From: Octopus sinensis
Lineage: Eukaryota
Direction: 5' to 3'
Assembly: GCF_006345805.1 (NCBI RefSeq)
Contig: NW_021833058.1
Span: forward strand, 22,155-86,154
DNA: 64,000 nucleotides
Part shown: piece by piece, positions 27,779 through 40,809 of the stretch
Position numbering within the stretch: the first letter of the stretch is position 1
How the letters are laid out: every line of letters starts with the position of its first letter
Position numbers and translations under genes: made by a program
Notes under the pieces: model-generated
What the model saw: only the letters and a program-made list of their open reading frames with translations
Databases searched by the model: none
Told to the model about the DNA's origin: nothing

Positions 27779-27813
<35 letters not shown>

Positions 27814-28710
27814 ATGTATGTATGTATGTATGTATGTATGTATGTATGTGTGTGTGTGTATGTGTGTGCGCGCGTGTGAGTGTGTGTGTGTGTGTGTGGA
27901 GGAGAAAGAGACAGAGAGAAAGAGAAAAGAGAGCAGTAAAGACGGAAACAATAGTATGAAGTATAGTTTTCTTTAGTGATATGAAATTTCAACTGTTTGT
28001 TGAAACAGCGACGAATGTGTTATTGTTCTTACTGCTCTGAGATGGTGACAGAGGTTGTATCTTACATATCAGGTGTTTTTGTTGTTTAACTCCCGATCAG
28101 CTGAGATTAAACTGACCTATAATTAAAACATTTCAACCGTGCCTGACACAACAAAACGTGTCTTCTGTACCTTTGAAGAGAATAGTGCTTGATTCGAATG
28201 AAATTCGACTGCCATTTCTAGTAGATCGAGTGACTCTAAAGAGGATTTCACGTTGGCAAAATGTCAAAGAGAAGCAACAGAGTTGATTGACAAATTTAAA
28301 TTATAGCATTGAAATGGCAAAAACCCCCGAGCGTCGTAGAGAATGCCTAGCGGCAATTGTTCCGCCTCTTATCTATCATCTATTTAAGATTTTAAATACT
28401 GGTACCAACTGAATGCTTAAGCGTTGGGCCCGAAGCTTTACGGTACTTGCTTCAACTCTATACTCTGAGTTTCTTAGCAACCCTCTTTCTTAGCAACTCA
28501 TTAACATTAACGATTTGCCTGCTAACTTATCCACTCTCTATTGTATTGGGACCTTGCCTGCTTTCTTAGCAACCTACTTGCATATTGGTAGTATATTTGG
28601 AATGATACGTGGGGATTATTGAAACGGCTGTAGGTAGTGGAGTTTTTGAAATATCAAAAATATTGTTTCTCTTCTGTTTCCCAACTCTGTGTTTATTCAC
28701 ACGCACACAA

Positions 28711-28770
<60 letters not shown>

Positions 28771-28787
28771 ATTTATGTGTAGGAGAT

Positions 28788-29175
28788 GGATGGAAGCACT
28801 CCGTCAGTTACGACGACGAGGGTTCCGGTTGAACCGAATCAATGGAACAGCCTGCTCGTGAAATTAACGTGTAAGTGGCTGAACACTCCACAGACACGTG
28901 TACCCTTAACGTAGTTCTCAGGGATATTCAGCGTGACACAGAGAGTGACAAGGCCGGCCCTTTGAAATACAGTTACAACAAAATCAGGAAGTAAGAGTGA
29001 GAGAAAGTTGTGGTGAAAGAGTACAGCAGGGATCACCACCATCCCCTGCTGGAGCATCGTGGAGTTTTAGGTGTTTTCGCTCAATAAACACTCACAACGC
29101 CCGGTCTGGGAATCGAAAAGCGATCCTATGACCGCGAGTCCGCTGCCCTAACCACTAGGCCATTGCGCCTCCACT
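28788..29175 (-). mobile_element. tRNA-derived SINE, same head, tail 2 (RTE-like 3' end)
   Basis: 12-bp TSD tgtgtaggagat at 28776-28787 and 29176-29187. Confidence 0.85.
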
Positions 29176-30034
29176 TGTGTAGGAGATATAGATATGCAGA
29201 TAGCAGACTTCGTCGAAAGCCCATCTTCGAAAAAAGTACAAATGCGTCCATTTTCGGAAAAATACAAAACGTAAAATTGCCCATTCGAATTATTGTTACA
29301 GATGAAAACAATTATTGGCGTCAATACAATGGAATGAAACACTTCAAGTAGTGGTAATCAGATATATATGATCAGAGTTCACTCACTAAATTCAATAGAA
29401 ACAGACTACAAGAATGCTTCGAGAGAGATGGGAAAGCACGTATAACCGCACAGAAAGAAATACACAGAGAGAGAGAGGGGGGGGAGAGGTAGAAAGAGAA
29501 TGAGAGAGATGTCTATATGTAGGTAGATATTTCTGTATAAATGAATATAAATAAAAAATGAAATAATAAAATGAAAAAAAAGATGAATATAAGTATCTAA
29601 GAAAATAGGTGAAAATGGAAGATTTGAAAATTAGTCGAAGCTGACATTTTGTGGCAAATAGAAAACAAGAAAGCGAAAATGTGTTTTAAATATAAGGTAA
29701 ACGCGAGAAACTTTTGGTTGGAAATGAACACTTACGCTGTATTTCTATAAAATGTATTAACATCAACCATAAAGAGGCATGTCCATCTATATGAGCGTAT
29801 ACCAATGTTACACATGTGTATGTATGTCCCCCCTCTCTCTCTATATATGTATATATTGGATGTATGTATATATAAAAGCATGCTAACACGTATGTCGATG
29901 CCTTCCTTTTCAAACTGTTACAGAGAAGATATTAATGTAATTAAAGGAGTTTATTTTGTCTTCTTTCCTATTTATACTCTCTCTTCTCTTTCTCTCCTCT
30001 CCCTCCCTTTCTGTCTGTCTTTCTTTCTTTCTTC

Positions 30035-30069
<35 letters not shown>

Positions 30070-30145
30070 TTTTCTTTCTTTCTTCTTTCTTCCTGTGTCT
30101 TGGATGTAATCTTCTCTCTATATTTATATGTATATAGTATGTGTA

Positions 30146-30214
<69 letters not shown>

Positions 30215-30217
<3 letters not shown>

Positions 30218-30560
30218 TAAATAAAATAAAACATATGCATATATATAAACATATATGTACGTACCTACCTCTACATGTACATATACACGCATATATGTGT
30301 ACAGGACACCAAAGGACGTCGAACACACAGAGAGACGAAACACATAACACAAACCAAAGGAACTGGACATTTTTTTAAACAACAAAAAATAGAGTACAGG
30401 ACAATTAAACAAAGAAAAAACCCCTTCTTCAGTCGCTATGGTCTCATCTACTCTACGTTTCGAAGGTGAAAGCGAGACGTATCTTCGACAAACACTTTCC
30501 TTCCTGCGAAAAGCAAATCAATTAAAATTCTGAGATCTTTTCGTAGAGGGGTAAAAAAAG
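30215..30560 (-). mobile_element. Dispersed repeat, probably Penelope-like terminus (partial copies at ~31060-31150 and, inverted, ~62260-62470)
   Basis: Shared catatgcatatatataaacatatatgtacgtacctac... and ttttttaaacaac...agagtacagg segments next to (AT)n. Confidence 0.5.
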
Positions 30561-31248
30561 GTTAACAAAAACAGGACAGTAACGACAGTACAAATTATAA
30601 ACAGTAAAAGACAGGACAAGGAAAAACAAGATAGGAGGGCTGTTAACGCCGAACGAAAAAAAGTATTGCGAACGCGGATTTTTTTTATGAACGACGAGCG
30701 AGCAAAAAGAATTGTCGTCCATACCTTGAGAGGGCCAGGCCAGAAAGACAGCAGCGGAAGTCTCGTCGCGGGTCAACGACGGGAGGGGGGAGGAGGAGCA
30801 AGAGAAAGGGAGAAGAAGGGGATGGCTGCGAGGAAACCATGAAGAATGAAGAGGGAGAGAGAGAGAGTGAAGAATGAGAGAGAGGAAGAGACAAGTTAAG
30901 TAGAGGAAAAGGAAATCAAAGAATGAAGGTTGAGAAAGGGATGGGACAGAAAGGTTAAGAGTGCGCCATCAAAGTTATAATACCAAGAACAAAACTTGAT
31001 ATAAAGAACAATCTTACTTAAACGGATGCGTGCGTTTCGTCATATAATATATTAATAAATATAAATTAAAACATATGCATATATATAAACATATATGTAC
31101 GTACCTACCTCTACATGTACATATATACGCATATATGTGTACAGGACACCAAAACATATTTATACACACATATACACATATACATACATAGGTACATACA
31201 ACGTACATAAACAGATATGTATGAATGTATATATATATATTATATATA

Positions 31249-31314
<66 letters not shown>

Positions 31315-31407
31315 ACACACTCACACACACACACATTATATTATATATACAGATATGTATTATACATTACACACCACACACACACAAACACACACATTAT
31401 CAGCTTT

Positions 31408-31896
31408 ATATACTTAACGCATATGCTTCGAGTATTTGTAGGTAAGCTACGGTGGAGAATGTTCTCTCAAAGCAGCGAGTATAAAAAACACTTAAAAGTC
31501 ATGAACAGGCGAGACAACTCACCTTCAATCCTATCTAGGTGTGACGGACACCGATGTTTCGACCTTTTTATGGCTTCTCAACATCGTGCATCCGACAGGA
31601 TCGGAGACGAATTATTTGGCCAGTCCACGACTTATATGCTCTTAGTGTGCAAACCAATTGAAATATAAAATAAAACCAGCAGTTGCATAATAAACAGTAC
31701 TAACCACATATACTTAACGCATATGCTGCGTGTATTATTTGCCAGTATGCTGCTGCTGGTGTGGTGGAGAAGACTCTCTCAAAGCATTGGGTGTAAAAGC
31801 ACCTCAGAGTCATAGACAGACGAGACAACTCACCTTCGTTCCTATTTAGGACTGATGGACATCGATGCCTGGCCATTTTTGTGGCTTTTGAGGACT
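31408..31896. repeat. Diverged ~300-bp tandem duplication with conserved minus-strand splice donor
   Basis: atatacttaacgcatatgct at 31408 and 31708. gagacaactcaccttc is in both copies. Confidence 0.85.
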
Positions 31897-31909
31897 CTAT
31901 GTGTGTTTG

Positions 31910-31948
<39 letters not shown>

Positions 31949-31991
31949 ATATCTATCTATCTATCTATCTATCTGTCTGTCTGTCTCTCTG

Positions 31992-32062
<71 letters not shown>

Positions 32063-32083
32063 GTCTGTCTGTCTGTCTCTCTG

Positions 32084-32178
<95 letters not shown>

Positions 32179-32228
32179 GTCTGTCTGTCTGTCTCTCTGT
32201 CTATCTATCTATCTATCTATCTATCTAC

Positions 32229-32270
<42 letters not shown>

Positions 32271-32313
32271 GTCTGTCTGTCTCTCTGTCTATCTATCTAT
32301 CTATCTATCTATC
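31910..32313. repeat. (CTAT)n/(CTGT)n microsatellite
   Basis: Direct reading. Confidence 0.95.
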
Positions 32314-32582
32314 CTTCTATATATATGCATATATAATATATATATATATATTATATATATATATAGCAAATAATATTATATATATATATAACACATACAC
32401 ATGCATTAAAATAATCCAGGCACTCATCCATACACACACACACACACACACATACACATATGCTTTCATTAGAATTTTTCAGCTCTTTCGTATTTGTGCA
32501 ACCCATCAAAGAACAAAGAAACAGCACCAGCTTTATCAACCACCAACACCAACACCAACACCAACACCAACATCACCATCAC

Positions 32583-32641
<59 letters not shown>

Positions 32642-33400
32642 ACTTCTGCAGCGAGAGCAATAATAAACTCCTGTTCGGACTTCTCATTTAACATCTGAGA
32701 AGAATGAGTTTTAGTATGAAATAATTACTTCTATACAATATGTATGGGTGTATACACCGCACACATACACACACACACACACGCACGCAAACACACATCC
32801 ATCTAGGAGTGTGCGTGCGGGCATATGTTGTGTGTGTGTGTGTGTTGTGTGTGAGCGTGTTTGTGTATGTGTGTATGTGTGTCTGTGTGTTCAGGAAAAA
32901 AACTGTACCAATGGACAAGACAAAAAGAAAACTAAAAATTTGAGATACACGTGACGTTTATTATATATATATATATATATATATATCATACATACATGCA
33001 TATATATATTTATATATGTATATGTATGCATATGTATGTGCGTGTGTGTGTGTGTGTGTGTGTCTGTGTGTGTGTATATGTATGTGTGGGTGTATGTGTA
33101 TTGGAGACTCTTTTCATTATAAAAAAATAGGAGCAAAACCAATACCAACAACAGTAATGGTATAGTTTTTTTTTTTGAAGTATAGGAATGTAGTTTTTTT
33201 TTTTTGTGTCATTCCAAAGAATAATGGAAACAAGCAAATAAAAAAATAACAATTTAACAATAAGAAAAGAAAAAAAAAATTGGAAATATTCATCAAATTA
33301 TATAAAACATATTATAAAAAAAAGTGACAACGCGGATAAAGATAACTAAGCGAACACAAATAGAGAGAACGACAATAGAAATACCTACAGGAAACTATTG

Positions 33401-33440
<40 letters not shown>

Positions 33441-33455
33441 ATATAATAATAGTAA

Positions 33456-33504
<49 letters not shown>

Positions 33505-33559
33505 GGTGGTGGTAGTAGTAGTAGTAGTGGTAGTAGTGGTGGTGGTGGTGGTGGTAGTA

Positions 33560-33609
<50 letters not shown>

Positions 33610-33729
33610 TATGAGGGCACTGACGATGATGATCGTAGTGATGGCGATGGTACTATTTAGCTTTATTCACTGCAAAAAAAAAACTTTAATGACCTACATC
33701 AAATAGAAATAAATATAAGTATTTGTTAC

Positions 33730-33782
<53 letters not shown>

Positions 33783-34051
33783 ACACACATACGCACATAC
33801 AAGCACGCATAGACGCGTAAATATATAAATAAATAAATAAATATATATATATATATATGTGTATATATATATATATGTATATATATGTGTGTCTTTATAT
33901 ATATATGCGTGTGTATGTGCAAATATATGTATGCGCATATATATATATATTTATATATGTATATATGTATATTAAGTGCGTGTATATATATATATACACA
34001 CACACATATACATATATATACATATATATATATATGCATATATATAATATA

Positions 34052-34091
<40 letters not shown>

Positions 34092-35170
34092 ATACACGGA
34101 CACATATGTTTATATGTTTATGTGCATGTGAGATATGTGCTTGTGTATGTATAAGATGCTCAAACTTCTCCCCTTCTGTTTAACTGTGTAACTTCAATAT
34201 GTCTGCCAGCTTCCCTTGTCTTACAAGTAAACACCGCCCTGCGTCAGCCATCGTCATCACCAACTATTCAATAAAAATAATGTCAAAGTTAGCTATAGTT
34301 GAACCATAAATCCGCATACAGCCATAATCATGATCAACGACAGAAAATCCATATATTGATAGATTCCAAACCCATCACTTCAATAAAACTGCACTAATAC
34401 GACGTCCTGTCCTCAGGGTGTCACAAAGCCAACTGTGTGCCGTGGAATGATGACTTTCACAGAGGCTGTGGAAGAAACGCTTTATTGGATTATTGAAAGC
34501 ACTTTTAACAAAAAGAAAACTCGGAACAAAAATATTCCTTCAAGAATTTTTAACAAACGCAACTGTTTCATACTGATTGTTATTTGAGACAGAGAACAGA
34601 GACACAATTTCAGAGTTAACTGGTCTATCGCTGAAAGAAACCAGATAATGGTGAAGATGATGATGATGACGACGACGACGACGACGATGATGATGATGTA
34701 TACATTGATGTATGCTTTGTTTATCAGAAACGTTTAATATTTTAACACTAAGCTGTCACGAATTAAACAAGTCTGAGCTGATCTCCACCTGCCGTCACAA
34801 AAAAGAAAAGAAATGTAGCTGTTAAGGTACTTAATCACCTTCACCAGACGATGCTGACTAAGCTAAAACTTAGAAATAGCTGTCAGTTTTTTTCTTGTGA
34901 AAATAAGTGTCATAATTTACTGAAAGATATTGAACAATCCTTGAATTCCTGTTTTTTGTATATAAAATGTAGATAATATCATTAAAACACACATATATCT
35001 GTTTTTCATACGTGTGCTTGTTTATTTATGATTTAATGGCGTTCCAGAAAACTCGGATGGTGATGGCTAAAATCGCCTCGCTGCATTGGTGTATGACTGG
35101 CTGACCGTCGTAACGTATCCCACAAAACATGTGAAAAGCTGACGGGGGTCTGGTCTTTTGCTTCTTTTAG

Positions 35171-35266
35171 AAGAGGCAGGTTTTGCTGGTGAGAAGATCC
35201 CTCTGCTACCAACATTCACACCAACAAAGTCTGGAGATGCAGTGGATGATGAAGAGTGGGCACACT
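35171..35266 (+). CDS. Candidate 96-nt exon (EAGFAGEKIPLLPTFTPTKSGDAVDDEEWAH), product unknown
   Basis: Acceptor cttttgcttcttttag and donor CACT|gtgaga. Confidence 0.25.
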
Positions 35267-35395
35267 GTGAGATCATGATTATGGCTGTATGCGGATTTAG
35301 GAACTCTGTGACCTCCATAATTGTTGAGGAGGCGCCGCTCTATGTAGTCCTCCATTTTGAGATTCTTTCTTGTTATTTTGCTTTATCTAAGAAAT

Positions 35396-35632
35396 TATTC
35401 TGTTGTGTCTGGGGAGAGTCATTTTCTTTTTGTGCCTTATTATTTAACACACTCACCGTTGCGTCTTGCAACCTTTTCAATAGTTTTGACTGTCAAAACT
35501 ATTGAAAAGGTTGCAAGACGCAACGAAAATTTTAGGACAATAAAAATAAGAAAAAAGTGGAAATTTTACCTTTGAATGTGTTAAATAATAAGGCACAAAA
35601 AGAGAATGACTCTTCCCAGACACAACAGAATA
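35396..35632. repeat. Fold-back: perfect 34-bp inner hairpin plus ~60-bp outer inverted arms
   Basis: 35457-35490 is the reverse complement of 35492-35525. 35396-35455 is approximately the reverse complement of 35573-35632. Confidence 0.92.
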
Positions 35633-37621
35633 TGCTTCAACACACGAACTCACATAAAGAACCTTGCAAACCAAATCCAAAAACTAAATAAGAAATTATT
35701 ATTATTACTCTTTATTCTTTCAAGTTCCGCCGAGTCGACTTCACTTTTCATCCTTCCAGAATCAATAAAATAAGTACCAGCTGAGCACTGGGGTCGACCT
35801 AACCCCTTCTCTGACATTGTTGACCCTGTGCCAAAATCTGTTACCGTTATTACCCTTTATTCTTGGCTTTTGTTACCGAAGATTTTATTTGATGCCACCT
35901 CCCTCCCCCAGCTTTCATGCTTTTGTACGCGTCTTGTGTCATGGCAGCCCACAGAGGAAACCATCATTATTATTATTAACATGGCGATAGATCGACAAAC
36001 TCGGTAGATTGTCCAGTAATATGTCCTGTGTTACTTGTTCCACCTCTTTACCTTCTGAGTTCAAATCCCACTCAAATCAACTTTGCTTTCATCTCTCTGC
36101 GATCAATAAGATAAAGTACCAATCATGTACTGGAGTCGACAAAATTCCCCCTTCAAAAGTTCTGGCCTTGTACTTAAATTAGAAATCGGTATTATGATGG
36201 TGAGCATCGCGTTTGATTGACAGAATCGGTAGAGCATAGGAGAATATGCTTGCGGTTGTTGTTACGGTTCTTTGCCATCTGAGTTCAAATATTGTTGAAG
36301 TCAACCTTGTCTTTTATCTCCCCGTGATCAATAAAATGAAATACCAATCACACAGGCCGATATATCCCCAATTCCTGGCCTTGTCCGGTATAAGAATATT
36401 ACTTATTAGTCTTTGAATTAACATCTTGTTCTGTTTCCATGTTCTTGCAAGTATTTCCTTTATGTGTATTTATATCAACACTTCAATTGCTGTTTGTTTA
36501 TTTGCAGTCATGTAAATTACACAAGTATCGACAGTGAGATGTTATCATTACGTCATATACGGCTTCCCTTCCTCCACCTCAAAATTACCTTTGCTTATTT
36601 TCGTAAAGACAGATAATGTTTCCTACTACAACTTACGGACATCTTAACTGTTATACTCTTTCTGTCTGTCAACGAACTAAATCTTTACCGCAGATATAAA
36701 ATCACCCACAGAATATCATCAGCAGATTTGTTATTATATGTCAGTGTTGCCGAGCTTGTTATGTTCAACGAATAATCTCAGTTTATAATGTAGAAATATT
36801 ATACACTTGCTTTGTATTGGGAGCTTTTCTTGATTCTACATTTCAAACATATTTGGGTCCCGGTTTGCATTCCTTGTCTTTATTTGCATTCCTTGCATTT
36901 CATTTATGTCGCTACATATTTTGGAAACTGCATGCACGTTACAACACTTCTGCTGCCAACCCAATCACAAAACTTTTCCTGAAATCTCCATGGTTGATCC
37001 TAGTGGATACCTCAAACCAATGAAGTTCAACTAAATATCAATATCGTATCATTGCGCTGGATAAATTGATCATTATTCTCCCACTTCAACTCTCTCTCTT
37101 TCCCTTACTCTCTCATTCTCTCCCGTCTCTGTCGCACACACAGTAATATATTGACACTGATGCGTGAATTAATGGATGAATGAATGAATGCGAATGAATC
37201 AATAAATAGATGATATAGGTTGAAATCACTGTTGTTGTTCCATTGTTCGCTATTATTGTTCAGTGAGCCAGAAAAGATTTATCAAACACCATTCCACAAA
37301 TAGATTGATTATCTAAAAGTCGTTTTCCATATTGTCTCCAACACAGAACCAACCGTTCACCAATTGTCCATATAGATCAGAGATGCTTGATAACCTCTTT
37401 GAAACCGGAGAAAAATATATCGCAACTGATTGGATACATAGAAAATATGATACGTTTCAGTCTGTACTTTTATTCTTTCACTGGTTTAAGCCATTGGACT
37501 GCAGTCATGCTGGGCACCGGCTTCATTGGTTTTAATCAATCATGTTGACCCCAGTAATTATTTCATCTCCTATACGTATTTTATCGATTTCTGTTTATCA
37601 AATGATTAAGCTTTGCCTTTG

Positions 37622-37691
37622 GGATATATATTATATATATATATATAAAAAAAAATAATATGTATGTATATGTATATATATATATTCTATA

Positions 37692-37722
<31 letters not shown>

Positions 37723-37796
37723 GTATATTATATATATATATATAAAATAATAATAATAATGTATGTATATGTATATATATATATATATTATATGTC

Positions 37797-37830
<34 letters not shown>

Positions 37831-37838
37831 CTATATAT

Positions 37839-37886
<48 letters not shown>

Positions 37887-37904
37887 ATATATATATATAT
37901 ATAT
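37622..37904. repeat. (AT)n-rich microsatellite at the 3' end of the array
   Basis: Direct reading. Confidence 0.95.
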
Positions 37905-38043
37905 AATTATTAGAGAGTTATCCACTATGTGGATAACTCTAGTGCTAAAAATAGCTCCGAAGCAACCACAGAAGAACTGTTTCCAACTAGAATCAACATA
38001 CATTTAGCGGAAGGAAGTGAAATACAACGAATAAAATAGATTG

Positions 38044-38119
38044 ACTCTATACAATTGTTTCATTACTAATGTAATATGTAGTTTTACTTACACTTACATC
38101 TATAAATCTTCGGTAGAGT
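38044..38119 (-). ncRNA. Type I hammerhead ribozyme, variant core (unit 1)
   Basis: Minus strand reads ACUCUA-CCGAAGA-[45-nt helix II]-GAAAC-AAUU-GUA^UAGAGU. Helix I is ACUCUA/UAGAGU. Predicted cleavage is between 38050 and 38049. Confidence 0.75.
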
Positions 38120-38532
38120 TTGTCAGAAATGCAATTAATTAGATCGATTCGAGCGTCAAAAACACGAGCGGTCCAACCAATTACATTTTTAGTTATGTCT
38201 CAAATTCCGCGCCAAAAGCATGCCTAGACTCCATTGGAAACGTATGCCGCATCAAATAAAATATTGACTGCCGCGTAGTTAAATTTATAAAATTATAAAT
38301 GAGGGTGAAAAATCGATATTATTTAATAATACCATTAATTTAACACCAATGGCTTAGCACAAAAAACTACGGAGAAAATACAAATTTATACATAAATTAT
38401 TAGAGAGTTATCCACTATGTGGATAACTCTAGGCTAAAAATAGCTCCGAAGCAACCACAGAAGAACTGTTTCCAACTAGAATCAACATACATTTAGCGGA
38501 AGGAAAGTGAAATACAACGAATAAAATGATTG

Positions 38533-38608
38533 ACTCTATACAATTGTTTCATTACTAATGTAATATGTAGTTTTACTTACACTTACATCTATAAATCTTC
38601 GGTAGAGT
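38533..38608 (-). ncRNA. Hammerhead ribozyme (unit 2)
   Basis: Same motif as unit 1: plus-strand actcta-tacaattgtttc...tcttcgg-tagagt. Confidence 0.72.
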
Positions 38609-39023
38609 TGTCAGAAATGCAATTAATTAGATCGATTCGAGCGTCAAAAACACGAGCGGTCCAACCAATTACATTTTTAGTTATGTCTCAAATTCCGCGC
38701 CAAAAGCATGCCTAGACTCCATTGGAAACGTATGCCGCATCAAATAAAATATTGACTGCCGCGTAGTTTAATTTATAAAATTATAAATGAGGGTGAAAAA
38801 TCGATATTAATTTAATATACCATTAATTTAACACCAAGTGGCTTAGCACAAAAAACTACGGAGAAAATACAAATTTATACATAAATTATTAGAGAGTTAT
38901 CCACTATGTGGATAACTCTAGTGCTAAAAATAGCTCCGAAGCAACCACAGAAGAACTGTTTCCAACTAGAATCAACATACATTTAGCGGAAGGAAAGTGA
39001 AATACAACGAATAAAATAGATTG

Positions 39024-39099
39024 ACTCTATACAATTGTTTCATTACTAATGTAATATGTAGTTTTACTTACACTTACATCTATAAATCTTCGGTAGAGT
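39024..39099 (-). ncRNA. Hammerhead ribozyme (unit 3)
   Basis: Same motif, intact. Confidence 0.72.
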
Positions 39100-39512
39100 T
39101 TGTCAGAAATGCAATTAATTAGATCGATTCGAGCGTCAAAAACACGAGCGGTCCAACCAATTACATTTTTAGTTATGTCTCAAATTCCGCGCCAAAAGCA
39201 TGCCTAGACTCCATTGGAAACGTATGCCGCATCAATAAAATATTGACTGCCGCGTAGTTAAATTTTATAAATTATAAATGAGGGTGAAAAATCGATATTA
39301 ATTTAATAATACCATTAATTTAACACCAAGTGGCTTAGCACAAAAAACTACGGAGAAAATACAAATTTATACATAAATTAGTAGAGAGTATCCACTATGT
39401 GGATAACTCTAGTGCTAAAAATAGCTCCGAAGCAACCACAGAGAACTGTTTCCAACTAGAATCAACATACATTTAGCGGAAGGAAAGTGAAATACAACGA
39501 ATAAAATAATTG

Positions 39513-39590
39513 ACTCTATACAATTGTTTCATTACTAATGTTTTAATCTGTAGTTTTCTTACACTTACATCTATAAATCTTCGGTAGAGT
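39513..39590 (-). ncRNA. Hammerhead ribozyme (unit 4; helix II altered)
   Basis: Core and helices I and III are intact. The helix II interior is changed (gttttaatctgtagttttctt). Confidence 0.6.
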
Positions 39591-40003
39591 TTGTCAGAAA
39601 TGCAATTAATTAGATCGATCGAGCGTCAAAAACACGAGCGGTCCAACCAATTACATTTCTAGTTATGTCTCAAATTCCGCGCAAAAGCATGCCTAGACTC
39701 CATTGGAAACGTATGCCGCTCAAATAAAATATTGACTGCCGCGTAGTTAAATTTATAAAATTATAAATGAGGGTGAAAAATCGATATTAATTTAATAATA
39801 CCATTAATTTAACCCAAGTGGCTTAGCACAAAAAACTACGGAGAAAAATACAATTTATACATAAATTATTAGAGAGTTATCCACTATGTGGATAACTCTA
39901 GTGCTAAAAATAGCTCCGAAGCAACCACAGAAGAACTGTTTCCAACTAGAATCAACATACATTTAGCGGAAGGAAAGTGAAATACAACGAATAAAATAGA
40001 TTG

Positions 40004-40079
40004 ACTCTATACAATTGTTTCATTACTAATGTAATATGTAGTTTTACTTACACTTACATCTATAAATCTTCGGTAGAGT
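40004..40079 (-). ncRNA. Hammerhead ribozyme (unit 5)
   Basis: Same motif, intact. Confidence 0.72.
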
Positions 40080-40809
40080 TTTCAGAAATGCATTAATTAG
40101 ATCGATTCGAGCGTCAAAAACACGAGCGGTCCAACCAATTACATTTTTAGTTATGTCTCAAATTCCGCGCCAAAAGCATGCCTAGACTCCATTGGAAACG
40201 TATGCCGCATCAAATAAAATATTGACTGCCGCGTAGTTAATTTATAAAATTATAAATGAGGGTGAAAAATCGATATTAATTTAATAATACCATTAATTTA
40301 AACCAAGTGGCTTAGCACAAAAAACTACGGAGAAAATACAAATTTATACATAAATTATTAGAGAGTTATCCACTATGTGGATAACTCTAGTGCTAAAAAT
40401 AGCTCCGAAGCAACCACAGAAGAACTGTTTCCAACTAGAATCAACATACATTTAGCGGAAGGAAGTTATGTCTCAAATTCCGCGCCAAAAGCATGCCTAG
40501 ACTCCATTGGAAACGTATGCCGCATCAAATAAAATATTGACTGCCGCGTAGTTAAATTTATAAAATTATAAATGAGGGTGAAAAATCGATATTAATCTAA
40601 TAATACCATTAATTTAACACCAAGTGGCTTAGCACAAAAAACTACGGAGACAATACACAATTTATACATAAATTATTAGAGAGTTATCCACTATGTGGAT
40701 AACTCTAGTGCTAAAAATAGCTCCGAAGCAACCACAGAAGAACTGTTTCCAACTAGAATCAACATACATTTAGCGAAGGAAAGTGAAATACAACGAATAA
40801 AATAGATTG

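Noticed and set aside
31575-31585. In-frame TGA read as selenocysteine or as an edited stop
   Set aside because: No SECIS or known selenoprotein motif, and the exon itself is unproven.
32460-32700. Poly-His/Gln ORFs (also 46600-46760)
   Set aside because: These are trinucleotide tracts with stops close by and no convincing exon boundaries.
32650-37000. Peptide echo FIIALAAEV (~32670, minus) versus FVIGLAAEV (~36960, minus)
   Set aside because: Only 9 residues, with no flanking similarity, and both frames soon terminate.
37911-37945. DnaA-box-like pair (TTATCCAC.. / TGTGGATAA) repeated in every monomer
   Set aside because: The context is eukaryotic with no bacterial or plasmid genes. It is better explained as the arms of a terminal hairpin.
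38200-38240. Second possible hammerhead on the plus strand of the monomer (GAAACGTA-tgc)
   Set aside because: The upstream sequence (gcatgcctagactcc) has no CUGAnGA-like core and no helix II.
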